A stretch of DNA of 60,283 nt, the filler included, from Circinaria calcarea (taxonomy: Eukaryota), in the NCBI GenBank assembly GCA_051942165.1. It is 10 parts of 10 records of this genome, joined end to end, with 100 filler letters (N's around TTAATTAATTAA, not from the genome) between each part and the next. Parts side by side here need not be neighbours in the genome. Positions count along the whole stretch, not along the records: positions 48,324 to 54,254 come from JAVECS010001738.1; positions 54,355 to 60,283 come from JAVECS010001739.1; 8 more parts are not named here. One strand, 5' to 3'. Shown here piece after piece: positions 50,218 through 60,283 of this stretch. A program made the translations under genes and the position numbers. Numbering within the stretch: position 1 is the stretch's first letter; each line of letters opens with the position of its first letter. The notes under the pieces are model-generated. The model did not search any database. It was not told the DNA's origin and saw only the letters and a list, made by a program, of their open reading frames with translations.

Positions 50218-50917
50218 TAGTGCCTTAGTACTGTACCTTGACAGATCCGGTCGATCCGTGATATAAAATTTATAGCTTTCAATTGGCGTGGAGGTGCAAT
50301 CCATCCACTTAGGAATTTTTCCAATCAGCGCTAGGGTCGACCTGAGCCGTCAAGGTACAGGATCTCGTAACTTGGCTTTTTCTTGCAGCTCGTATTCGAC
50401 CTTGGGAGGATTTTGCTCTTAGCCTGCTATGTCAAGACTAAGGTATCTGTTTGCCTCAGTCTGTGAGTGGTACGGCTGGCTTACTAACACCACGGTGTAT
50501 AAAACGGCGTCGTTAGAAGAAGCTATAAGAAATGTCAAGCTTTGTGCTTTGGATCGTTACACGCTCTTTCTCCATGTGTCATACTTGATAAGCTGCAGTA
50601 GACCATGGGCTAGAGGACCTTGTTCGGACTTAGCAATACCTGACATGATCATGATTTTCCTTGACTAAGTGCTGACAAGACTGCATCTCAACCTTCTCCC
50701 AATAGTAGTCTACGTTAAGCTCGTATAAATTTCTTAGCTTGTTCTGAAATTTTTGAGTAACCAGAATCAAAGGGCTTCATGCTTGACGGCTGTACTTGTA
50801 TAAGTAGGCGTTCCGTCCCTCGGGAAATGGACGGGAGTCAAGTCAAAGCCATATATTAATCGGTCTCTCTTATAATCCGTAACGCTTAGTCGTTCCCAAG
50901 CAGAAACACTCCGCACC

Positions 50918-51956
50918 ATGAAGCTCAATCTTAGATCCTTATTTGCAGCTGTCAATTTGACGGGATATGTCATCGCTACAAGTAAATCTACGCTCCAGAA
51001 CCCCATTCCAAGATCAGGCCGTTTACCTCGGTCTTCAGGTGTTCCCTATGAGAGGTTGAACAAGAATGATACGGTGAGCAAGTACCCCGAATCTCCCGAA
51101 GTCGTTTGACCAACAGCCGCCGGTATAAGGTTCTCCTAATCGTCGACCTTCAAGTCGGGCTGTACGAAGCAGTCAGGGACTTCGACCCTACTGTGTATCG
51201 AAACAACATGATGGCTCATGCAGCTATCGGAAAGCTCTTTACCCTGCCAGTCATCATGACTACTTCTGCTGAGACAGGTATGTTGGTGCCCTTTACCAGT
51301 TAGCGTAACGGGGTTGGTTGAGATGAACGCTGCTAGGTCCAAACGGGCCTCTTCCAAAGGAAATTCTGCGAATGTACCCCGACGCTCCTTTGATTAAGCG
51401 CTTGGGTGAAGTCAACGCTTGGGATAACTCCGAGTTCCGCGCTGCCGTTGAAGCTACGGGAAAGAAGCAAATCGTTATGGCGGGGATCGTAACCGATGTT
51501 TGTGAGTGTCTCCATCCGACATCATTCCTCTAACACTGACCACACACGAGGCACGACGTTCCTTGGCCTTTCCTTGCGTTCCGAAGGCTACTCCGTTTGG
51601 GCCAACGCGGAAGCAAGCGGAACAGTGAACGACAAAGTTGCGAGCGATGCTAATACGCGTATGGCTGCCGCCGGAATACAGATCGTTAGCCTGTTCTCTA
51701 TTATCTGCGAACTGATGAGAGATTGGAGAAGTCAACCGGGCGCCCTCGAGGTTTTGCCATGGTTGGACCAGTAAGTGCCTTTGGATTGAGTTTCTGAACA
51801 CCCTTGCCCAGGCCCTATGCTGTAGTTGAAGCTATGACATGTCTGATAGTGGTTTACTGCAGATATTTTCCCAACTATGGCTTCATCGCGCGCGGACATG
51901 GAGCAGCCGTAACTAACGGTTCATTAATCGAGGGAGAGGCATCCCTATTGTCCTAG
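50918..51956 (+). CDS. YcaC-like isochorismatase/cysteine hydrolase with N-terminal extension
   Basis: YERLNKNDT-VLLIVDLQVGL, LPVIMTTSAETGPNGPLP, GEVNAWD, AGIVTDVC, CELMRDWR. Four introns. Confidence 0.9.
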
Positions 51957-53220
51957 TTGAGAAGAAGGGACAACGGCGAAGGAAGAAGATATATCTATCT
52001 GATGTTAGAAAGGGAGAAGAGGTGCAACTTATGTTGATTCGTGGGCTTTGAACAAGCAGTTTTATTCTAGCGGGAATTTCATGGTAACCGATGTGGGTGA
52101 GTGTTCTAGCGTGTCCCGTTAGCTTTAGCGGTCGCATTCATTACCAGCATTTCATCTCGTTCGGGTTCCAAGCGTATGGAGTATCAACATTGAGATGAAC
52201 CAATACCAAGGGCAAACTTGCAAAGCCTGGAAGTAAGATATATTCTGACTTGCCAAGATCGCTCAATCGCTTGCGGTTCCAGAATGCATAGCCTTAAACT
52301 TGCAACAAGCTGTTGTTCACATTACAAGTGTATGGGGACGGTGGTAACCCTCTGCCCGGAAGAGTCGACTCCAAGCTCCCAACGGCAGAAGGCCTCGAAG
52401 AGGGGGCATACTTCCCCAAAAGCCAATTGATCTATCTTGTCAATAAAACTAGTATATCACGGTTCCGCGCCAGTTTCACCAAAGAACATCTTGGCTTAGG
52501 AATGCTATGACCCGGTGTACACGGAGTAAATCGCTGTACTTACTTCAGGTTGAGTTTCAACGGTTCCTGGTAGCTCAATCCCCTTTCCTTCAAGTGGAGC
52601 TCTGGAGAACTTTCCATGCCTTCAAGGTGACGCTATCCAGGTTGACAGAGTTCGGTAGCTATTATCACCGCTAGGGGCAACTGGAAATCTACACCGTTAT
52701 GGACAAATTGACGGACAGCGAGGGCCAATACGATTTCCTTGCGTGCTCTGGTATTAGCTTGGTGATATGCCGAATAGGTAATGACGAGAGACTATAAACT
52801 ATCGAGGCTCGCCGCGACATAACATGATAACACGGAGCTCCAGTGGTAGAGTATCAAGGCGCACGGGATGCCAGGAGATCCGTGTTGGCCGGGTAGCATC
52901 ACAACTGCTTGTCTACTAACGGGAGTAATAGTGTTAGAGTGAACCCTTCTAGGTCTTACGTTATCAACAGCATCACATAGCGGTGCTATATAGAGGGATC
53001 GGTTGTGGTTTGTAGCGGGATAGCAATCAACAGGCGAGAAGAACTGCAGCCGGTCTATATGCTTGCCAACATACAGTATGAAAAAGTATCAACAACGGCT
53101 TTTGGTCCCTATCATCTACCAACCGCGAACGATATGTAGCTTCCATGGATGTGTTAATAGGGAAGACAGGGATCGCGAGCTTATCCAATGGTGATCCTTA
53201 GCTTCGTAATCCTCGGTAGC

Positions 53221-53578
53221 GATAAGCGATATGCTACCTTATCTGACGAAGAATCCGCGCTAAACGTCTGCGCCCGAGACAGATTCTGCGCTTAAAGTGC
53301 CCGACAAAGGTCGGGCCCGCACGCTCACTAGAGTAGAAGCACGACAGGCTTTCTTGGCAAAGACGGCAGGGAGCGATCTGATAGGTGATAACGGGGTGGC
53401 AATGTTTACCCAGACGCGGAGGAGAAACCAAAGAGGGAAGATGGCTTACAGCCTTGTCCGACACCTGACGTGCTTCGCATAAAACAGCCTTCCCCCGACA
53501 TACTTCTCTATCTTACTCTTCTCATCGTCAGATTATACGAGTCTGACGAGCCCCGACCATATCTCTCTATTTTGATAA
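53221..53578. promoter_or_regulatory. Cluster of HGATAR (AreA/NIT2-type) sites upstream of the permease
   Basis: GATAAG 53221, CTTATCT 53238, TGATAG 53379, TGATAA 53386, TGATAA 53573. Confidence 0.45.
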
Positions 53579-53714
53579 CATGGATTAGTCGATGATCAAT
53601 CATCTGCAGATGTGAGCGACTGTTTGCGACCTCTTCTTCCTCTTATTCTACCGTCACCAAGCATTCCTCTGCAATTTCCAAACATCTCAAAGCAACAAGT
53701 ATAGACCGACCACA

Positions 53715-54254
53715 ATGGGTGTCTTCAACCGTAGGCCCGGCGATGGCGCTAAACATGGTTCGCCCATCCCGTCAGTTCAGGACAAGGACGCGCCCCTTAC
53801 ATATACGAATTACGACATCTCCCAGCAGCATGCGGGAGCCCATGTCCATGGGGACAACATGACAGACCCAACGACGCGCCTGCACCGCGGACTCAAAGCT
53901 CGCCAGGTTACTATGATAGCTATCGGAGGCGCCATTGGGACAGGTCTGATTATCGGTACGGGATCCGCGCTGGCAAGAGCTGGTCCGGGCTCCATCCTCA
54001 TCTCTTACTCTATCGTTGGATTTATTGTATACCTTGTCATGTGTGCGTTGGGAGAGATGGCGGCATGGCTTCCTCTAGAATCTGGATTTACCGGATACGC
54101 TGCACGCTTTTGTGATCCCGCACTTGGATTTGCAGTGGGATACACGTATTGGTTTAAATATATCATCGTCACGCCAAATCAGCTCACGGCCGCTGCACTG
54201 GTGATACAGTACTGGGTACCACGGGAGAAGGTTAACCCGGGTGTTTTTATAGCG
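53715..54254 (+). CDS. Amino-acid permease (APC/YAT family), 3'-truncated
   Basis: LHRGLKARQVTMIAIGGAIGTGL...GPGS...ALGEMA...RFCDPALGFAVG. Confidence 0.95.
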
Positions 54255-54354
54255 NNNNNNNNNNNNNNNNNNNNNNNNNNNNNNNNNNNNNNNNNNNNTT
54301 AATTAATTAANNNNNNNNNNNNNNNNNNNNNNNNNNNNNNNNNNNNNNNNNNNN

Positions 54355-55970
54355 TTCAGAGGACCTGAGGCATTTTGGTCCGTCTTGCGGTTCATTTGGG
54401 AGATTCTGGACCCATACATCAGCGCCAGCCTTATCGTTCACCAGAGTCCGATCCTCGCTTTGCGTTTGTAATCCATCCTCACGTGATCTTCGTGGTTCGA
54501 CCACGTCTTTCTTCTCCGAAGTAATAAGGCGGTCCTGTGATGGGTGTGGCTCTTTTTGCGTCAGCAAAGGTTTCTCTTCAGGGATGGACTTTTTTGCTTC
54601 AAGCTCCGCAACACGTTTTTGTGCTTTCTCATATTGCTTGCGTAATTTCTCGGCTTTTAGCTTAGCTTTTGCTTCTTTGTCAAGATCTTTTCTCTTCTGG
54701 TCTGCAGGCTCCTTCCTTTTTCTAGTCTCCTCCTTGTGTTGCTGCCTGGCGGCTCGTTGTTCCTCTTGAATTTTTTGCTTGCGCTCAGCAGCCTTAGCAG
54801 CACGGGCTCTTGTGGGAAATCGCCTCTTGCGCTCTTGAATCCATGCCGCAATATCCGAAGCTGTCCTAAGCGTCGAAGACTGCCCCCTGTAAGAGAATTT
54901 TAATCTAAGCAACTAGTCAAAAAATTATCTCTATGCATCGTGCGGGGATTATACCCTTGGGGTGCTTCGCCTATTGTACCGCTCTGACCGGCTGCCAGCT
55001 TCGCTTCTTCGTCAACATCCTCCTCCTCTTCCTCGCTTGATTCGTGCTCTTCGGCTTTTGGTGTCAATCCTAACTGGTTGTGCTTACGCTTCTTCTTTCT
55101 TGGCTTTTTCCCGTTTTCTTGGGGAACCGGTGGTTTGATCGGAAGAGGGTTTCCGAAACTTGGCACAGCAGGAGGAACTGGAGTTCGCAATGGCGTACGA
55201 TTTTTAGGCCCAAACGCATCCGAATGTACTCGTTTATGCCCACGGCCACGATTTCCAGGGAAGGAATTGGGCGGACTATGACGTGCTAGGCGAGGGTCGG
55301 TCGAAGGACTTTGTAGCTGGTGAGGTAGATTGATATGTTGTTCGGGGATTGGATAAGAACCTCTGTTCTGCGGCGTTGCTTGTGGGTATGACTGTACTTG
55401 GGATCCAGGGGAATGGTGGTTGGAATGGTGATTGGAATGGTGAGTGGAGCGTTCACGATCGAAACCCATACGAATTGGAGGTCCCATTACTAAGGGTGTT
55501 GTATCTGCAGCTTGGTATGACTGCTGTAAGGGTGTCCTACTATTGGAAGGGCCAGGTCTGTGGAACTGATTCGGTGCATTGTAGTGGTTATTGGCGGGTC
55601 CATTACCGTAGTCCGAAGGTGCTCCATAGCGATTTCCATTATGAATCTGCAATGAATATTGGGGTTGCTGAACAGGTGGATAGTTAGGTAATGGATAGTT
55701 GCCTGCAGTATATCCATTCGTCGGAGCACCTGGGTTGTTGCTATTTCCAGAGTAGCCATTATTCCTGGGAGGTTGTCCACCGTAATTGGGTGCACCCCTT
55801 GACCCTCTAAAACCACCACCTCGTCCACGTCCTCTGTATCCCCCATTTCCGGAACGTTGGGTGCCATGGGTTTGTTGATAGGAAGGCTGTGAGTAGGGAG
55901 GATAATGTTGTGGGCCCACTTGAGGTGGTGGTGGGGGAGGGGGAGGGAAAACGAAGTTTTGAGAGCTCAT
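54355..55970 (-). CDS. NUFIP1/Rsa1-domain protein (box C/D snoRNP assembly), 3'-truncated
   Basis: Low-complexity P/G/N/RGG N-terminus, KKKRKHNQLGLTP, then LKFSYRGQSSTLRTASDIAAWIQERKRRFPT. Intron 54954-54905. Confidence 0.8.
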
Positions 55971-56260
55971 TTCGAGCGAACCCGATGGTCCTCAAGTCAT
56001 AGCTATATTTTGATTGGGCTCCATCTACCGTTATGGATGTCAATGGCGTCAAGGCGCGTATATCGACAGTAGTCGCGGCGGAAGCTGGCCGCGCTGAACA
56101 CTAAGGCTGAACTGGTGTGTTTCGGCAGTATGAATTACCGAGAAAGCCCTGGAATATTACATGGTAATTTTGAACACTCCTTGGAGCAAATCACAGATAG
56201 GAGGCGCTTATATCCGTCAACTGAAGCACACACAATCGAACATGAGGAGGGTAGAGAAAG

Positions 56261-57274
56261 ATGTTTATCCTGGTATTTATCTGAAGATGTCTATTTGAAT
56301 CACATGCTGACAGTCTAAGACTACCATATCGGACCTCGTTCAGATCTCCCCTGAAGAGTTCCAGAAACCTAGCATCCAGGCTATTGAGGATAACTTAAAT
56401 GCCAAGTATTCTAATAAAGTAAGAAGAAAATATATGTCTTATTATGCTCTTTCTTCTGACGGCTTGGAAAGATTATTCAGAAAATCGGTCTTGGTGTCTG
56501 TGTGTATGATATTCTCACCGCCTCGGATGGTCTCATCGGGCACGGAACCGGAATCGTCAATGTTAATGGTAGAACTTACGATTTACCGGCTCTAACGTTT
56601 CTGAAGCGCAGGAAGCTCATCGTTGTTTAGTGGAATTTCGCCTAATTGTATTCCGTCCTTTTAAAGGAGAGATCATCTTGGGCCGAATCAGTGGTGCTTC
56701 TGAATGGGGCATGAAGAGTATGGACATATCAAGCGCAATCTCAAGGGCAATATCTAACACTTAATTTCTAGTACGCCTCGATTTCTTTGACGACATATTC
56801 GTGCCTCCGAGTCTCATGTTCCCGGGAAGCTACTTGTATGTCAGCCCATTTTCTAGCCATTCTCCATTTGCACGGCCGACTTCGCAAATAATCGAGTATA
56901 TATTCTTATCCTCAAGGACAAATTTCTGCTGCGCAAGACCACATTCTGCCCCTTATTATTTCTTTAAAAATACAAGCGGAGATAAGATGCTTACTTTATT
57001 AGTAACGTCCAGGAGCAATGCTGGGTATGGAACAACGACGGCATAGAATATTTCTACGATAAACACGAATGGGTCCGCGTTCGTGTGGAGCAGGAGCACT
57101 GGCATGACCAATCTCCCGTAGCTCCTTCCGAACGTGAAAGTGCTGCCGCTCTCGAACGGAAAAGTCCATACAGCATTACCGTAGGTTATGAACGAAGCCC
57201 AATACCAGGAGTATGCTAAAGCTCATCAGGCTTCGATGATGCAGTCGGCACTAGGCCCTACGGCATGGTGGTGA
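56261..57274 (+). CDS. RPC25: RNA polymerase III subunit Rpc25/RPC8
   Basis: Seven short exons give MFIL-TTISDLVQISPEEF...NAKYSNK-IIQKIGLGVCVYDI...VN-VEFRLIVFRPFKGEIILG...LDFFDDIFVP...SPYSIT-ASMMQSALGPTAWW*. Essentially absent from the ORF track. Confidence 0.93.
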
Positions 57275-57862
57275 GGCGGTTGCCTGCCAATATCATCTCA
57301 GATCAGCCTATAGAACAAGTGCGCCAGAATATAACAGAGGGAAGCTATGAGCTTTTGAATATGGTCACATAGGTGGTATAGCTTCCGTTTATCGGGCGAT
57401 CAAGCTCACTAACTCTGCTTCAGAATCCCAAGCTGCTGCCGATAAAGCTTGGTTATTACTGAATGACGGTTGCACAACACTGGGAGATTGTAGATTTTGG
57501 TCTTGCAGGAGCGAGCTGTTATGTAGCGTATCATGAGATGGGTAAGATCTTAAACTTTAAAGACTGAACCTCTCTACTGCAGTATGTAGCGACATGAGCA
57601 TTCCCTCTTTTCAAAATTCTTCAGTGTTCGCTACTTGACAGATGTTCATGTTGGATTGCCAAAGACGAAGGACCATGCTTCCCATGCAACATGTGCTCTC
57701 TAGGCCACCCCGTCTTTGAATGCAGTAGATAACAATGCGGACGCTCAAGTCGTATGTGCCGGATCCGTCATATCAACACCCTTGGAACGCCCGCTAAATC
57801 CACCAAGTACACTGCGCTTCCAAATAAGAAACAAAACCCCCTTGAACGGCGCCTTATATCCT

Positions 57863-58963
57863 TCACCTTCTTTGCCCCTTCTTTGCTAACTCCTCTAGCC
57901 TCTTCCTCCTCGCCTCTTTCTGGAGCTTTGCTTCCTCTAACATCTTCATCTCCCGTTCATCCTCTTTCTTCGCTTCTCTTGCTGCTCTTTCATCCTCTTC
58001 CTCAACGTCAGAAAAACCGGCTTCCATATCCGACAAATCAGATCCGGACTCATAGATCTCTTCACCGCCTTGAGAATCGTCGTCTGAATAAACGTCACGG
58101 CGGCGGTTGCTGGAAGCGGGCTTACGGCGGGTAGTACTGTGATCGCTTTCGTCAGAGGCGCTCTGATGCTTTTTCCGGGAAGTAGAAATAGAAGATGAAA
58201 CGGGTTTCATGGTGCCCTTGTAAGATGTTTGCTGTTTAGGTTTTGCGGTTCCACTGTAACCTATGGATGGAGCTTTCTTGCCATTTGACTTTGCATCCTG
58301 GCTCTGGAAATTAGGGCCTGGGCTGCTGCTTTTGCTTCCCGGTGCACTCTTTGCAAGGGGCCCAGGTTTGTTCTTCGGGTGCAAACCCTTTCTCTGCAGC
58401 AGAAGCTCCTTCTTTGTACTGAGTTTTTCTTTAGGTTTATGTGTTATTGCTCCCACCGACGGAACGATTGCTTGCGCGACTCGCCCACGAGCCATAATCT
58501 CGGCGTAAGAACCCTTCTTCGGAGGAGCCTTCGATTCCGGAACTGTTGGTGTAATGGGACTGTGTTTGCTCGTGCCTAGGTACGAGCCGTCGGGTATCGT
58601 ATTCGAGGTTTGTATCGTCGGTCTTGTGGGCGGTAATGGCCTTCTCTGAGCCCCATTCACAATTGGCTTAGAGAGAGTGGTTTCCGTCTTTATTAACTTT
58701 TCATTCGGGCGAGACAACTCATTTTCTGCTTTCCGCTTCACAGTCGAATTTGCTCCACTGGTAGCCAACGCCGGGCCATTACGGTCGGACGTAGGTCTTG
58801 AAGAGCCATTCCTGACAATAGCCGTGCTTACTGTCTTGGTTGCTGGCGTGATTGGCTTTGTGGCGTCGCCTCCGATAGAGCTAAGTACGGAGTTGAGAAA
58901 CTATGTCGACCGGTTAGTAAGGAATTTGCCACTGAGGAGTAACAGCACATGACTCACACTCAT
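57863..58963 (-). CDS. SPT2: Chromatin protein Spt2
   Basis: 6-nt first coding exon ATGAGT, intron 58957-58901, KKGSYAEIMAR, C-terminal SDMEAGFSDVEEED...AKKEDERE...KEARRKRL. Confidence 0.85.
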
Positions 58964-59488
58964 GATGATAATTCAGTTGCAATTCACCGCCAGTGATTCG
59001 AAGGCAGATGTCGCCTCATAATTGTGTTGTTGCCTTACAAACTTAATCTCATCGCTGAGAAATTAAGAGAGGAATGGCGTAATGTCAAGGAGCGAAAAAG
59101 GCTGTTGGGGAAAGAAAGAGCAGTCAAGTGGAACATGGGAAAGTGTCGCCGTTAAGTAAAGCCTGGAGATCATGTGTTGCCCCAGTCTAAATCCGAACCC
59201 GGGGAGTCCTGCGCCAAGCTTTTCCTTAGCTTCCGTTTCTAGCTTCTCCCACATTCAATATCCATTATCATCGGACAAAATCAGCCCAAAACTTTCTTCG
59301 TGATCGAAACAGAATATTACTACCTAAGAACCTGACGTGTCAGTCTCCGCTCAAGTCCGCGGTTAAATTGATTGACTCTCTTGTTCAGTAATCGCAACCT
59401 TCATCGTGAGTCGGTAGCAGCATGAGTGCTACTCGGGAGTGATATCCCAAAGCAGTGAGACTAATCCGGCGATTCTAGTACCACCAAA

Positions 59489-59887
59489 ATGAAGCACCTT
59501 GCAGCATACCTCCTTCTCGGCCTTGGTGGCAATACCTCACCCTCGGCCGAAGATGTCAAGGGAGTTCTGGAGTCTGTGGGCATCGACGCCGACGAGGATC
59601 GCTTGGAGCAGTTGATCAAAGAGCTCGATGGCAAGGACCTACAAACCGTATGCTGCATCAAACCAATCAACGTCTCCGCCTAACAAATACTAACGCTTAA
59701 GCCTTAGCTGATCTCCGAAGGCTCTTCGAAGTTGGCGTCTGTACCTTCCGGGGGTTCTGGAGGAGGTGGCGCTGCTCCTGCTGCTGGCGGGGCTGCTGCA
59801 GCGCCTGAAGAAGCGAAGGAAGAAGAAAAAAAGGAAGAGGAGAAAGAGGAGTCCGACGAGGATATGGGTTTCGGACTTTTCGACTAA
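59489..59887 (+). CDS. RPP2: 60S acidic ribosomal protein P2
   Basis: [10 protein letters not shown]...[16 protein letters not shown]...[13 protein letters not shown]. Coding intron 59648-59707; 5'UTR intron 59406-59478. Confidence 0.97.
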
Positions 59888-60283
59888 GCTTGAGGAGCAT
59901 TGGAGATTCAGTAGCACCGATTTGGCGGATTTACAACCATTGTTCTGGAAGCCACTTGCTACGTAGATGAAAGAGTTACATTGTCAATGATCCCGGGTAG
60001 CTCAGCTACTTCATTAATTGCCACTGATAATTCTTCGATGCTCATAGTTTCTTGCACACGAAGTTAACTTCTGTGCTAGATAGGCTACATATGAAGACCT
60101 TGACTGATTTCATAATGCAATAGTGAGTATCGAATAAAGTCTAGAACGACATGGCAATCTCAATATGAACTCCCCCATAAAATTAGCACTCTGAGCATGC
60201 TGAGGCTCTTGGAAATGTCAAGGGCACTACCCTTAGCGTAGTCCGTTGCTTCGCTTATTGGCTTGGCGGAAACTCGCACTTCG

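Noticed and set aside
42293..54254. Apparent aromatic-catabolism cluster (dioxygenase plus isochorismatase plus permease)
   Set aside because: The genes lie on different contigs separated by an artificial spacer.

Overview
Eukaryotic, intron-rich DNA from a filamentous ascomycete (Pezizomycotina-type GT-AG introns with CTRAY branch sites). The window is not a contiguous locus. It is ten contigs of decreasing length (5950 to 5929 bp) joined by artificial 100-bp N44-TTAATTAATTAA-N44 spacers, so neighbourhood across spacers is meaningless. Most content is housekeeping genes: PRMT5/Skb1, PRP43, NAA10/ARD1, poly(A) polymerase 3' end, SEC1 5' end, SUV3, SAM50, UBC6, ATP12, a HIRAN-SNF2-RING helicase, NUFIP1/Rsa1-like, RPC25, SPT2 and RPP2. 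There are also metabolic genes (MetX-like hydrolase, GH13_5 amylase, intradiol dioxygenase, YcaC-like isochorismatase, amino-acid permease) and one intact Ty3/Gypsy chromovirus. The most notable observations are: (1) an 11-nt Tf1-type self-priming PBS and a -1 frameshift pseudoknot in the retrotransposon; (2) two neighbouring paralogs of an uncharacterised fungal family whose motif order resembles MazF/PemK ribonucleases; (3) a 111-bp TA-flanked MITE whose TIR recurs on another contig; (4) a 3x81-bp coding repeat in SUV3; (5) a decayed SNF2 relic. All family assignments come from motif recognition by eye, not from database searches.
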